Shown piece after piece: positions 9,730 to 18,760 of a stretch of DNA of 64,000 nucleotides. Both the position numbers and the translations under genes were made by a program. Under the pieces are notes generated by a model. It had not been told where the DNA came from. It did not search any database and was given only the letters and a program-made list of their open reading frames with translations. Position 1 is the stretch's first letter; the number at the start of each line of letters is the position of its first letter. Source of the DNA: an uncultured Gammaproteobacteria bacterium (GTDB taxonomy: Bacteria; Pseudomonadota; Gammaproteobacteria; JASBUN01); contig CAVZBR010000001.1 in NCBI GenBank assembly GCA_963773585.1, positions 366,298 to 430,297 on the forward strand, written 5' to 3'.

Positions 9730-9939
9730 ATGGCGTCACTCAAGGCAATTTTTCTAATGATCGTATTTTCAGCGGCGGTCGCGTTCGGCATGAATGCGCT
9801 GGGACTTACGGAACACTTCCGCGAACCGGCCTATTCGTTGGCGGGCGCAGTTGTATTGCTCGTCGCGCTTATCGTGAACGTATGGCTCTATCTGAAAATT
9901 GCGGGGGAAACACCGTTTAAATGGTTCAAGGAAGACTAG
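9730..9939 (+). CDS. small two-TM membrane protein
   Basis: 69 aa. TTAGGAGATCAGAAC-ATG RBS. Two hydrophobic helices. Confidence 0.5.
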   Translation: MASLKAIFLMIVFSAAVAFGMNALGLTEHFREPAYSLAGAVVLLVALIVNVWLYLKIAGETPFKWFKED

Positions 9940-9958
9940 CCGACAGAGGAGCAGAGAC

Positions 9959-10672
9959 ATGGGGCTGTTTTCGCGAAAGAAGAAGTCTGGGCGCGGGATT
10001 CATCTGCGGGGGTTCCCCGGCGATTTGGATACATGCAAGTGCTTGTATCTGGCAGCCGAAAAGGGCATTCAAATGGACGTGGAGCTGGTGGACGTGACCG
10101 ACCGGGAACACGAAAATGCGGCGTTCCGCGCCTTGTCCCCCTTCGGGAAAGTTCCCTGCCTGGGTGAAGGCGGTTTAGTGATCTCCGGCGCCGCCGCCAT
10201 CCTGCCCTATCTCGACATCAAGGGTAGTGGTCCATCGCTAACCCCAAAAAAAGCCGCCCGCCTCGGAGACCAAAATTATTGGATTGAAGTCGGGCAATAC
10301 CGCGTGCTACCGCACGTTCACAATCTGGTCGACGAATACGTGCTGAAGCCAATGGTCTCATCGAGCCATACCCCTGATCCGGCGCAGATCGAACAGGCCG
10401 TGAACGCAGTAGAGCCTGTATTCGCGGTTGCAGACGAGTTCTTGGAAGGCAAAAACTATTTTGCGAGCGAATTTTCTTTTGCGGAAATTCACTGGGCGCC
10501 TTACCTGCACTTTTGGGTAATGACGGGCCAGGAGCAACGACTAGACGCGCATCCGAATCTCAAGCGTTGGTTCAGTCGCGTCCAAGCACGACAAAGTCAT
10601 GGCCGAAATACCTATGCGGTGTTACCGAGTCTGAAGCAGATTCAGGGTAAGGAGCTCAGGTATGTGGCCTGA
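9959..10672 (+). CDS. glutathione S-transferase-like protein (paralog 2 of 3)
   Basis: GAGGAGCAGAGAC-ATG. ..LRGFPGDLDTCKCLYLAAEKGIQMDVELVDV.. aligns with paralog 1. Conserved C-terminal ..FAEIHWAPYLHF.. block. Confidence 0.75.
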   Translation: MGLFSRKKKSGRGIHLRGFPGDLDTCKCLYLAAEKGIQMDVELVDVTDREHENAAFRALSPFGKVPCLGEGGLVISGAAAILPYLDIKGSGPSLTPKKAARLGDQNYWIEVGQYRVLPHVHNLVDEYVLKPMVSSSHTPDPAQIEQAVNAVEPVFAVADEFLEGKNYFASEFSFAEIHWAPYLHFWVMTGQEQRLDAHPNLKRWFSRVQARQSHGRNTYAVLPSLKQIQGKELRYVA

Positions 10673-10731
10673 CTTGAGCGGCCAACGGAAGACAGGCGCT
10701 TGCTTGGCGCCTGAAAATAGGGGAACTGACA

Positions 10732-11523
10732 ATGAACGAATTATTTGCGTTTGGTCGGTCTGCAGACGATGGTGCAAAGGACGCCCGCTATGGTTCAGCA
10801 GGAGATTTGAAAAAGACACAGTACGTTCTGCAGCTTTTGGGATTTCCGGCGCACGCGGATACATTGAAATGCCTAATCACCGCAGTCGAAATGGGCATGG
10901 AGACGGACGTCGGCGTGCTGGACATTCTCGAGGGGCAGGACGAAAGCAATGAATACCTGGCAGTGTCCCCGCTGGGTCTCGTGCCAGTGTTAAAAGAGGC
11001 CGAGTATTGCGTGGCGGGCGAAGCGGGAATCATGAGCTACATCGAGGCGCGAGGCCTGGGGAAACGGTTGCCACCGAAAAATGCCGCGCTGCTGGCGGAA
11101 CAGAATTATTGGTCCGATATTGCGTGCACGGAGGTGGGCCCGCACATCAAGGCACTGGTGAAAGAACATATCCTGGCGCCGATGGATGATTCCGTGTACA
11201 TGGTCAAATCGGCGGACATCGAGGCTTCGAGGAAGGCGCTCGCGGCGCCACTGGATGCGTTGAACGCTCAATTGGCAAACAATACGTTCATTATCGGCAA
11301 CTATTCCTTTGCGGATATTCATTGGACCGCTTACGTACATTTGCTGTACGAAGCTGGCGAGGGAGACCTTATAGACCAGCGTCCGAACGTCAAGGCATGG
11401 TTCGATCGGATCCGGACGCACAAGAGTTTCTCGGGGCAGAATATAGTTGCGTACGAGCTCTTGCCGAAGCTCGCGGATATCAAGAAAAAGAAACTTAATT
11501 CAATCGTAATAGACGATTATTGA
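10732..11523 (+). CDS. glutathione S-transferase-like protein (paralog 3 of 3, with 30-aa N-terminal extension)
   Basis: ..LLGFPAHADTLKCLITAVEMGMETDVGVLDI.. and ..FADIHWTAYVHL.. align with the other two paralogs. Confidence 0.7.
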   Translation: MNELFAFGRSADDGAKDARYGSAGDLKKTQYVLQLLGFPAHADTLKCLITAVEMGMETDVGVLDILEGQDESNEYLAVSPLGLVPVLKEAEYCVAGEAGIMSYIEARGLGKRLPPKNAALLAEQNYWSDIACTEVGPHIKALVKEHILAPMDDSVYMVKSADIEASRKALAAPLDALNAQLANNTFIIGNYSFADIHWTAYVHLLYEAGEGDLIDQRPNVKAWFDRIRTHKSFSGQNIVAYELLPKLADIKKKKLNSIVIDDY

Positions 11524-11957
11524 GAAGTGTGCTGGCAGGGAGAAGCGTGATGTTCTGGCGATTGAGTCGATCGGACAGCGAACTGGAAAGGGCAATGTCG
11601 ACATTGAACCCTTTTGTCTCAGACGCCTTGAGCGGGATAGACACACGGGAGCTTGAGCGGGGCGGCGCGCGAATGATGGCGGAGTGCTACGTGTACGGCG
11701 CCGTACGTTACCTGGCATCGTACGACGGCATGAGGGCCACCAATACTGGAATGTTGCTGGAACAAATGCTGGCAACACATTTCAGGGCGGATCACGAAGA
11801 AATCGGCCGCTGTCGGGCGCTATTTTCTGAAGTTGGAGCGAAAGACAGGGAGCAGGTATTCATGACAGAGGGAGCCAGCGCCATACGCCGTTGGCTGGTC
11901 AACGATGACCGGACGGTCGGAAGCCATCTAAAACAGTTGCTTGAGTCGGTGCACTGA
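11520..11957 (+). CDS. hypothetical protein (start uncertain)
   Basis: 145-aa ORF immediately after GST paralog 3. No recognisable domain. Could start at internal ATG 11550. Confidence 0.3.
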   Translation: MRSVLAGRSVMFWRLSRSDSELERAMSTLNPFVSDALSGIDTRELERGGARMMAECYVYGAVRYLASYDGMRATNTGMLLEQMLATHFRADHEEIGRCRALFSEVGAKDREQVFMTEGASAIRRWLVNDDRTVGSHLKQLLESVH

Positions 11958-12057
11958 TAGGCGCGCGGAAAGCGGTTTTGAGCGCAGTTGTCGCTTCAGG
12001 ATGACCAGAGTCGGATCGGCGGACAAACAGAGAGATCAAACGTAGGAGAGTATTAAC

Positions 12058-12171
12058 ATGTCTCAGAGTGGCGGAAACAATGCAATGGTGTTTGTAGGTG
12101 CGATAGCAGTTGGGGTCGCGATTATCGCGGTGACGCTGTATCTATCGGGTGCATTGAACGCGTTGTTTTAA
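12058..12171 (+). CDS. 37-aa hydrophobic micropeptide
   Basis: Not in the ORF track (<60 aa). GTAGGAGAGTATTAAC-ATG RBS. MSQSGGNNAMVFVGAIAVGVAIIAVTLYLSGALNALF, a single TM helix. Confidence 0.35.
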   Translation: MSQSGGNNAMVFVGAIAVGVAIIAVTLYLSGALNALF

Positions 12172-12933
12172 TCGGGTGAACATGATGCAAGAAGTCTAGG
12201 TGATCAGTTTACGGTAGATTTCACCGATGCGAAATGGAGCTTCTCGACCTGGTCTACTACGACAAAGTTATCGTGCCCGAACATATGGGGAAGGTAGTTC
12301 GGCGCATGGTCGTCGATCGTGATGCAAAACGGATGGATCCCCGCCTGGCGCGTCTACATGAGCGCCTTGCGCGTATAGGCACCTTGATAGCCGCTTTCGT
12401 CGTCAGACCGGCCGTCTGACAAGACGACCAATAAACGCTGTACGCGCTTCTCCAGCCAAGAGCTTCGCGCTGTGGTGGCGTATGGCGACTCCCATGCGCG
12501 TGAAGTGCTGCGGCATTGGATTCAGCGGTCACGGTTTGTTCTGTTAAGCGGCACCATCGCTCGCGATAGCATTGGCGCGCCTGATCCCATTCGTCATATG
12601 TAAACTCCGTGTCTGCTGAAGGCGCATCCGGCGTTGCAGGTGTAGGGAGTTCCTCGTCGCGGCTTCCGTGGGCCGCGGGCTCGGGTATCTCCTGAAAATC
12701 CGGAGAACGCATCGCTGTGTCGTGCTGGAGAAGTTTGTCTTGGTTTAATGCATTCAATACGACTGCGGGCTCCAGTGCGCCTTGATATTCGGCGGGAGGG
12801 GGATCGTTGTCCTCAGGATACACGCGTGCCAGCCAGCGCAGACTATCGCTGCTACGTCAAGTAGACGGACTGTTGCTGCCGCGCACCATGAGCGCGCAAA
12901 ACCGCTGTCGGCACTGTTTCATGGCCCGTAACG

Positions 12934-13740
12934 TTATGCGAAATACAGGTTCAGCCAGTACGCGCCCCAACCGAGCAAACCCAGGCCGCTGGCGAACCGA
13001 ACCCGGCGTGAAGCGGGCAAAATCTTTTCCATCAGTACGAATCCGGTGATCAGCGCCACCCAAAGCATATTCATGACACCGACGGCAAACAATATCAGCA
13101 TCAGCGCCCAACAGCAGCCCACGCAATAAATGCCGTGCCGAATCCCCATTAAGAGGGCTCCACGGGCCCCGTCTCTCCATTCCGTCATTAGAAAGCCCAA
13201 TGGACTGCGGCATTTCGTGAGGCAGGCGTCTTTCAGGGGCGTCCACTGGTAAAGCCCCGCCCCGATAAGGACCAAACCGCTCAACAGGTAACTGGCACTG
13301 TTCATCATAGGATTGAGCAAGCCCACTGTATGCAACGGCCACTGAGCGATGGCCGCCAAGACGCTAAATCCCGTCCACGCGATCAAATAACCGGCAACAA
13401 ATATGAAAGTCGGTGTATATGGCTGTTCGCGACGGCGCAGACTTCGGCTTACGGTCGCGAACATCGTCACCATCGGTAGAGACGACGGCGTCATCATGGC
13501 GACCATCATGATCGACCACATCACCAAAAGCATGAAAAAGTCGGTGGGTGACCAAATTGAGGAAGCAGACGGAGGCATCCACATCTCAAGCTGTCCCATG
13601 TTGCCCATGGCCCCCGCCATGTGGAACATGTACCCCCAACCCGCCAGTGTGATGGCAGCCAAACCGCCGCCGACGATCAAATGGTCTCGAGCGCTGAGCC
13701 GTGTGTGCACCGCATCCGGAAATGGAATGGATTTTGACAT
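12934..13740 (-). CDS. DUF2182-family predicted metal-binding integral membrane protein
   Basis: Internal ATG MSKSIPFP at 13740 with GAGAGGG RBS. Polytopic membrane protein rich in Met, His and Cys. Paired with DUF1326 as in other genomes. Confidence 0.6.
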   Translation of the reverse strand: MSKSIPFPDAVHTRLSARDHLIVGGGLAAITLAGWGYMFHMAGAMGNMGQLEMWMPPSASSIWSPTDFFMLLVMWSIMMVAMMTPSSLPMVTMFATVSRSLRRREQPYTPTFIFVAGYLIAWTGFSVLAAIAQWPLHTVGLLNPMMNSASYLLSGLVLIGAGLYQWTPLKDACLTKCRSPLGFLMTEWRDGARGALLMGIRHGIYCVGCCWALMLILFAVGVMNMLWVALITGFVLMEKILPASRRVRFASGLGLLGWGAYWLNLYFA

Positions 13741-14042
13741 AGCCCTCTCTCGTTGGCAGTAACGGTGCGCTCTATCAAAACATTCTGCACGTGGCGTTGC
13801 GCTAGGGAACGATGATGCGCCAGGCGCGCGGCACAGAAAACACGTAGTTTTGCGTATATATGAGGGAAATCCCAATGCCTAGTGTGAGAAGCGCGGATTG
13901 AGTTCCCGTTCGGGGGGTTCAATGCGTAGCGCGACACTTGATGATTAGTACCAGCGGGCCAGTTTGTAGTGAACGAGCATTGTCCTGGCGCGTTTGATGC
14001 TGTCATTTCACCACTCGAATACCAGAACGAGAGGACAAAGCG

Positions 14043-14651
14043 ATGGTGAATGAATCGGATTGGAGCCTTAAGGGTGACTATTTTGAGTCGTGCAACTGCG
14101 ACTTGGTATGTCCTTGTATTTTTTTACGCCCACCCACAGAGGGATTTTGCGAGGCATTCGTAGGGTGGCACGTGGAAAAGGGTCATATGGGCGATGTAAG
14201 CCTGGACGGTCTGAACGTAGCTGCTTGGCTGCACTCGCCGGGCGCGCTGACCGATGGCGGTTGGCGCCTAGCGTTGTACATAGATGAACGGGCTGACGAG
14301 GCACAGACTGCGGCGTTCACAAAGATATTCGGCGGGGAAGTGGGTGGACATCCCGCGGTTTTGGCGAGCTTGGTCGGCGAGCTGATGGGTGTTAAGAATG
14401 TGCCGATCGAATTCAAGAAAGAGAACGGCACACACGTCCTCGATATTCCGGGAATCGGCAAGAACGTGACTGAGGCGGTGGCGGGAGAAGATGGTGGAGC
14501 CGTCATGGTTTCCAACCATCCGCTGGCCGTTTCTCCGGGGAATCCGGTTCGGATTTCGGCTTCGACGCAGGCGCAATTCAAAGATTACGATGTGACTTGG
14601 ACGCAACACGACAAAGTGGGTTTGTCGGCACCATTTTCCTATCACCCGTGA
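14043..14651 (+). CDS. DUF1326-family protein
   Basis: 202 aa with N-terminal YFESCNCDLVCPC cysteine motif characteristic of DUF1326. Divergent from the DUF2182 gene. Confidence 0.65.
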   Translation: MVNESDWSLKGDYFESCNCDLVCPCIFLRPPTEGFCEAFVGWHVEKGHMGDVSLDGLNVAAWLHSPGALTDGGWRLALYIDERADEAQTAAFTKIFGGEVGGHPAVLASLVGELMGVKNVPIEFKKENGTHVLDIPGIGKNVTEAVAGEDGGAVMVSNHPLAVSPGNPVRISASTQAQFKDYDVTWTQHDKVGLSAPFSYHP

Positions 14652-14827
14652 ATTTGCGTGTTTTGGCATTGCGCCGCCAAGCGCACGGCTTACCCGTCAG
14701 GCGCTGAATCGGTACAACAGCCACCGAACGGACGGTGAGAGCGGCCGAGGATGCGGCGCGCAACGGGCTCGCCGCGCAGTGGCCGCCTCGAAAAGCGACG
14801 CGCCGTGCGGGCCGATGACGTAATTCT

Positions 14828-15214
14828 CTAGGCGCCGGAGCAAAAGTTCAGATATTGTTGGGCGTCCATGAGTCCAGCGAAATCGGCGGCGTCGTCCGGT
14901 TGTATTCGAAGCAGCCAACCCGCCTTATACGGGTCGCCATTGATAAGTTCAGGCCTATTCAGAAGTTCAGTATTGGTCGCGACTATCATGCCGCCCAACG
15001 GTAAAACCAATTCACTTACCACTTTGGCGGATTCGATAAGGCCGAACGTTTGACTCTTGGCGACAGTGTCACCGGGATCGGGAATTTCGACAAACAGAAT
15101 GTCACCGAGACTCTCCTGGGCAAAATTCGTGATGGCGATCAGATAGGTGCCTTCCTTGTCTTTTCGACACCCCAGGTGAGATTGGTTGCACAGGTAGCCA
15201 CCAGGGCATTGCAT
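14828..15214 (-). CDS. GcvH-family lipoyl-carrier protein (orphan, no gcvT/gcvP nearby)
   Basis: ..YLIAITNFAQESLGDILFVEIPDPGDTV..LIESAKVVSELVLPLGG..PELINGDPYKAGWL.. matches the GcvH fold, including the lipoyl-lysine in the ESAK motif. Start at MQCPGGY. Confidence 0.7.
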   Translation of the reverse strand: MQCPGGYLCNQSHLGCRKDKEGTYLIAITNFAQESLGDILFVEIPDPGDTVAKSQTFGLIESAKVVSELVLPLGGMIVATNTELLNRPELINGDPYKAGWLLRIQPDDAADFAGLMDAQQYLNFCSGA

Positions 15215-15356
15215 TGAATAGATCCTCACTTCGATAAAGGCGAATGGAGCAATTTCGCCGCCAATACGTATGGCCACGGAAATCCGATATGGGCGACGGG
15301 ACTAAACGGTGGGGCGGCGGCCTGGAATAATGACCAGGCCGCCGCGTTCACGTTGA

Positions 15357-16589
15357 TCAAAACGTCCAGCTCAGACCGGCGCCGAATTGCCAAGCGCTGG
15401 CTTCGACTTTTGTGCCGCCGATCTGTTCGCTTTCTTCCAAGGCGGTGGCAGCGTGAATGTCGATGCGAAAGTTGTTATTCACAGCATACCCAAGGCCTGC
15501 CGTGACTTGGTGCTTCCAGATAACCTCTGCATTGGTGGCTTGCAGATAGCGTACCAATGTCGGGTTGAGTTGCACGGTAGAGCCGCCAGCAACGAGGGAA
15601 GTGGCCTCACCGACACTTGAGCCGACGTTGCCTTTGATGGGGCTGTCGGCGTAGCTATAGCCTAACCGCCATTTGAATTTCCCTTGGGTGAGTTGCGCGC
15701 CCAGGCCAAAGACCGTCTGATTGTCATATATGTCCTGGTAGAAGTCGGCCTGTCCCCAGTTCTTCCAGGTGACATCGCCTTCGATCAGCAGATTGCCGCC
15801 CATTAGGGATGAGTTCGCGATGCCCAGCGCGAGTTCTTGCGGCTGCTCGACGGTAAGGTCATAGAAACCCGTGGCGGAATATTTGGTCGCGTTGTCGTAT
15901 TTGATGGAAAGCGGGCTGCGGTAATAGGCGCCAAAGGTGGTTGGACCAAGTTCATAGGTCGTGCCGAGGGTGGCACGTATCCCGTATCCGTGCACGGAGG
16001 AGCCGTTTTCCAGCAGACCGAGCTGTAGGTAACCGCTTCCGAGAGTCACCATGCCGCCCACATTCCAGTGGTCGTTGAGTTTGTACGCGAGCCCTGCGTT
16101 GGCGCCGAAGAGGATCAGCTCCGCCGTTGGACTCAGGCTTCCCGGTACCGACCGGAAATCGGATCCGATACCCGATACGGGTGTCAAGCCGACGCCGAGC
16201 GTCAGGCCATTGCCGAGAGGTTGGATAATGCTGACGTTCGGCAGCAGGTAATCACTCGCGTCGGAGTCGGCGGACCACGCCGTACCGGTTGCACTTCCAT
16301 CGTGGGTATCGGTGACCGCTGGGTGATAAAACGTGGCGCCGAACAGGAAATGCGTGCCGTAGTCATACTGACTCAGGGTGGCGGGGTTGCCGAATACTGC
16401 AGCGGAAGTGTCCTGCGGCCGTGCGATACCGACACCACCCATTCCGCCGGCGGCAGGCATCATGGTGAGGTTCAGGTCGGTCCCGTAGTTGGCCGCCTGG
16501 GCGCTCCCGGCTAATAGCGTCATCAAAGTTGCGTACAACACGCGCACTTTTGACCGTCCTGTGATGTGATGACTCAATGGATTGTTCAT
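15357..16589 (-). CDS. FadL/TodX/XylN-family outer-membrane hydrophobic-compound channel
   Basis: 410 aa. Signal peptide ending ..AGSAQA. Gly/Ser/Thr/Tyr-rich beta-barrel composition. C-terminal ..GLSWTF aromatic terminus typical of the FadL family. Confidence 0.75.
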   Translation of the reverse strand: MNNPLSHHITGRSKVRVLYATLMTLLAGSAQAANYGTDLNLTMMPAAGGMGGVGIARPQDTSAAVFGNPATLSQYDYGTHFLFGATFYHPAVTDTHDGSATGTAWSADSDASDYLLPNVSIIQPLGNGLTLGVGLTPVSGIGSDFRSVPGSLSPTAELILFGANAGLAYKLNDHWNVGGMVTLGSGYLQLGLLENGSSVHGYGIRATLGTTYELGPTTFGAYYRSPLSIKYDNATKYSATGFYDLTVEQPQELALGIANSSLMGGNLLIEGDVTWKNWGQADFYQDIYDNQTVFGLGAQLTQGKFKWRLGYSYADSPIKGNVGSSVGEATSLVAGGSTVQLNPTLVRYLQATNAEVIWKHQVTAGLGYAVNNNFRIDIHAATALEESEQIGGTKVEASAWQFGAGLSWTF

Positions 16590-16675
16590 CTCTTATCCTA
16601 TCTTGTTGCGGGGCCGAAAAGAGTGGCTCCCTGATCGTCCAGGTGGCGGCAAAAACCACCAGCCGACTGCGAGTG

Positions 16676-17230
16676 TCAGAGTTTTTCGCCGTTGAGCGTG
16701 ACGTTTCCGGTGACGGTCACTGCGCGGCAGATGGTATCCAGCACCGGACAGTGCGATTCGACGGTCTCAGCGAGTTTGCGAATGGTTTCGGCATCTGCCG
16801 GGCTGTCGATGAAAGTCTCATAACGAACGTTGTCGTATCCGGCAGGAATATTTTCGTCCATAGCGAACAAACCACGCAGGTCCAGATATCCTTTGACAGC
16901 GACTTTTACGCTGGTGAGCTCGACTCCCATTACTGACGCGTAAGCGGAGTACATGATCTCCTGGCACGTGCCGAGGGCGGCAAGAACGAGCTCGACCGGG
17001 TTCATACCGGCGTCTTCGCCGCCCAGCTCCGGCGGCTCGTCGATTGTCAGGAGCGGGAATTCGCGCACTTTCGCCGTGCAACGCACCCCGCTTTGGAGTT
17101 CGGTTTCCGAGCGGAATACCAGCTTGGCCGCCTGGGGGTTGGCCTGGATTCGTCCCATTGTCTTGGTCAGGGCGGCTTTGACACGATCGTTCGCGGAAGT
17201 TTGTGTTGTGCTCTCTGGCGTAGCGCTCAT
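16676..17230 (-). CDS. OsmC/Ohr-family peroxiredoxin-like protein
   Basis: 184 aa with ..GGEDAGMNPVELVLAALGTCQ.. and ..HCPV.. motifs of OsmC. Confidence 0.75.
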   Translation of the reverse strand: MSATPESTTQTSANDRVKAALTKTMGRIQANPQAAKLVFRSETELQSGVRCTAKVREFPLLTIDEPPELGGEDAGMNPVELVLAALGTCQEIMYSAYASVMGVELTSVKVAVKGYLDLRGLFAMDENIPAGYDNVRYETFIDSPADAETIRKLAETVESHCPVLDTICRAVTVTGNVTLNGEKL

Positions 17231-18004
17231 TGGTGACTCCTCGACTCGGGCAAGTATTGGATTGATTTCCCCGTTCGGCCTTCAGTGCCGGGCTTGGGTA
17301 TGCAGACAAGAGCAGGCTGCATGCCAGGCTGTGCAGCAGGGACGTTCGAGTTGCGTTGGCCGCAGTGTGTTCTGTTCAGGCTGAACCGTAACGGGATGAT
17401 TGTCCGCTGTTTTTTCAGTCGAATAAGCGATTTTAACAAGCCAATATTCGGACAGGGCGCAGTTTTTCGATTCAAGAAGCGCGCCCGTAGATGTCACGTG
17501 GATAGCTCACGATGTGACAACGCAGTTGCAGGAGATGAACACTGGAGGGGGTAACCGGCGAAATCGTTTCTATGTCGAGCGATTACAACGTACCGCAGGT
17601 CAGAATAGGCGTTGATCGCCGACGTCGATATCCACGCGGAGCACCATGTGCGGGCACCTGGAAGCGACGGATCTTTCAAATCGTTGAGATGGGATGTATT
17701 CGAAACAGGCGCAATATTCCGGCGTTGGTACGGTTTGGTCCGCGGCGCACGTGCCTGCCGCGATACCGAAGAGCCTAAGACGGAGCGCTGTACTGTGATA
17801 TTCGATCTGCGGTAGGGATTGTTGCGGTTATCTATGGACCGGCGATCGGTATCGCAGTGCATGATGTGCGCCGGCTCATTCGTAGCCCTCGATGCGCCGC
17901 TTTGTCCCCGTCTCCTCACGCGATCGAGCGACCTTCAATGGGTTCGGTGCGGATACCAGCACCGGTGCGATTCCCAGTTAAGATGGGAGGCCGGAAGCAG
18001 ATCT

Positions 18005-18535
18005 ATGCCACACGCGATCAACGTCCTGCTACTGAGTTTCGTACGCTATGGCCTCGGGGGGAACGCCCGTGCCGAGGTGCCCATGGTGCCGGTGCCCGGC
18101 AATCCACCGGCACCCGCTTTCAACCCACCGGGCGCTGACGGACAACGCCACGACCTGGCGGAATACGGGGGACGTTTGGTGCTGGTGAATTTCTGGGCCG
18201 ACTGGTGTGTGCCCTGTCGTCGCGAAATGGCCTCGCTGCAGCGATTGTACGATCGGCTGCAGACCGAAGGACTGGCAGTCGTGGCAATCCATGCGGGCCC
18301 GGTCAGCGATCAGCGCGCCGAGGTCGTGCGAATCAACGAATTGAGTTTTCCATTGCTGGTGGATGACAAGCTGGCCGTGGGTGACTGGCAGGTAAGCCGC
18401 CTACCTACCAGCGTGTTGGTGGACGCGCACGGCCGCATGATCTACCGCACCGCGGCACCTCGCAACTGGAACAGCTCGCAAATGTTCAAGTTTGTGCGCA
18501 GCCGATTACTGCCAACGGATGCTCCTTTACAATAA
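18005..18535 (+). CDS. TlpA-like periplasmic thiol:disulfide oxidoreductase
   Basis: Internal ATG 18005 (signal peptide MPHAINVLLLSFVRYGLGGNARA). WADWCVPC redoxin motif. Confidence 0.75.
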   Translation: MPHAINVLLLSFVRYGLGGNARAEVPMVPVPGNPPAPAFNPPGADGQRHDLAEYGGRLVLVNFWADWCVPCRREMASLQRLYDRLQTEGLAVVAIHAGPVSDQRAEVVRINELSFPLLVDDKLAVGDWQVSRLPTSVLVDAHGRMIYRTAAPRNWNSSQMFKFVRSRLLPTDAPLQ

Positions 18536-18760
18536 GGGGTCCCGACGCTGGCCGGCGCATTTGCGCAACGCATATCCTTTCTCGTCTTCGTAGCCGATGC
18601 GCGCCGATTGCCACGTTCTGCTACCGTGGACATAGGTAGTTTTACGTATGTACCGCCGCGCGACGTGTGTGTCATACGCATAGGCCAGCTATAGTTAAAA
18701 ATATCAGGGCCATGCCGCGCCCCGGGGCATGGAGTAAAACGCGTCCTGCGCGGCGGCACC

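Noticed and set aside
12257-12823. 188-aa minus-strand ORF between the island and the DUF2182 gene
   Set aside because: Acidic, Pro-rich low-complexity N-terminus and an R-rich C-terminus. No RBS or recognisable domain. It is possibly another decayed gene at the island's right border, but it is not supportable as a feature.
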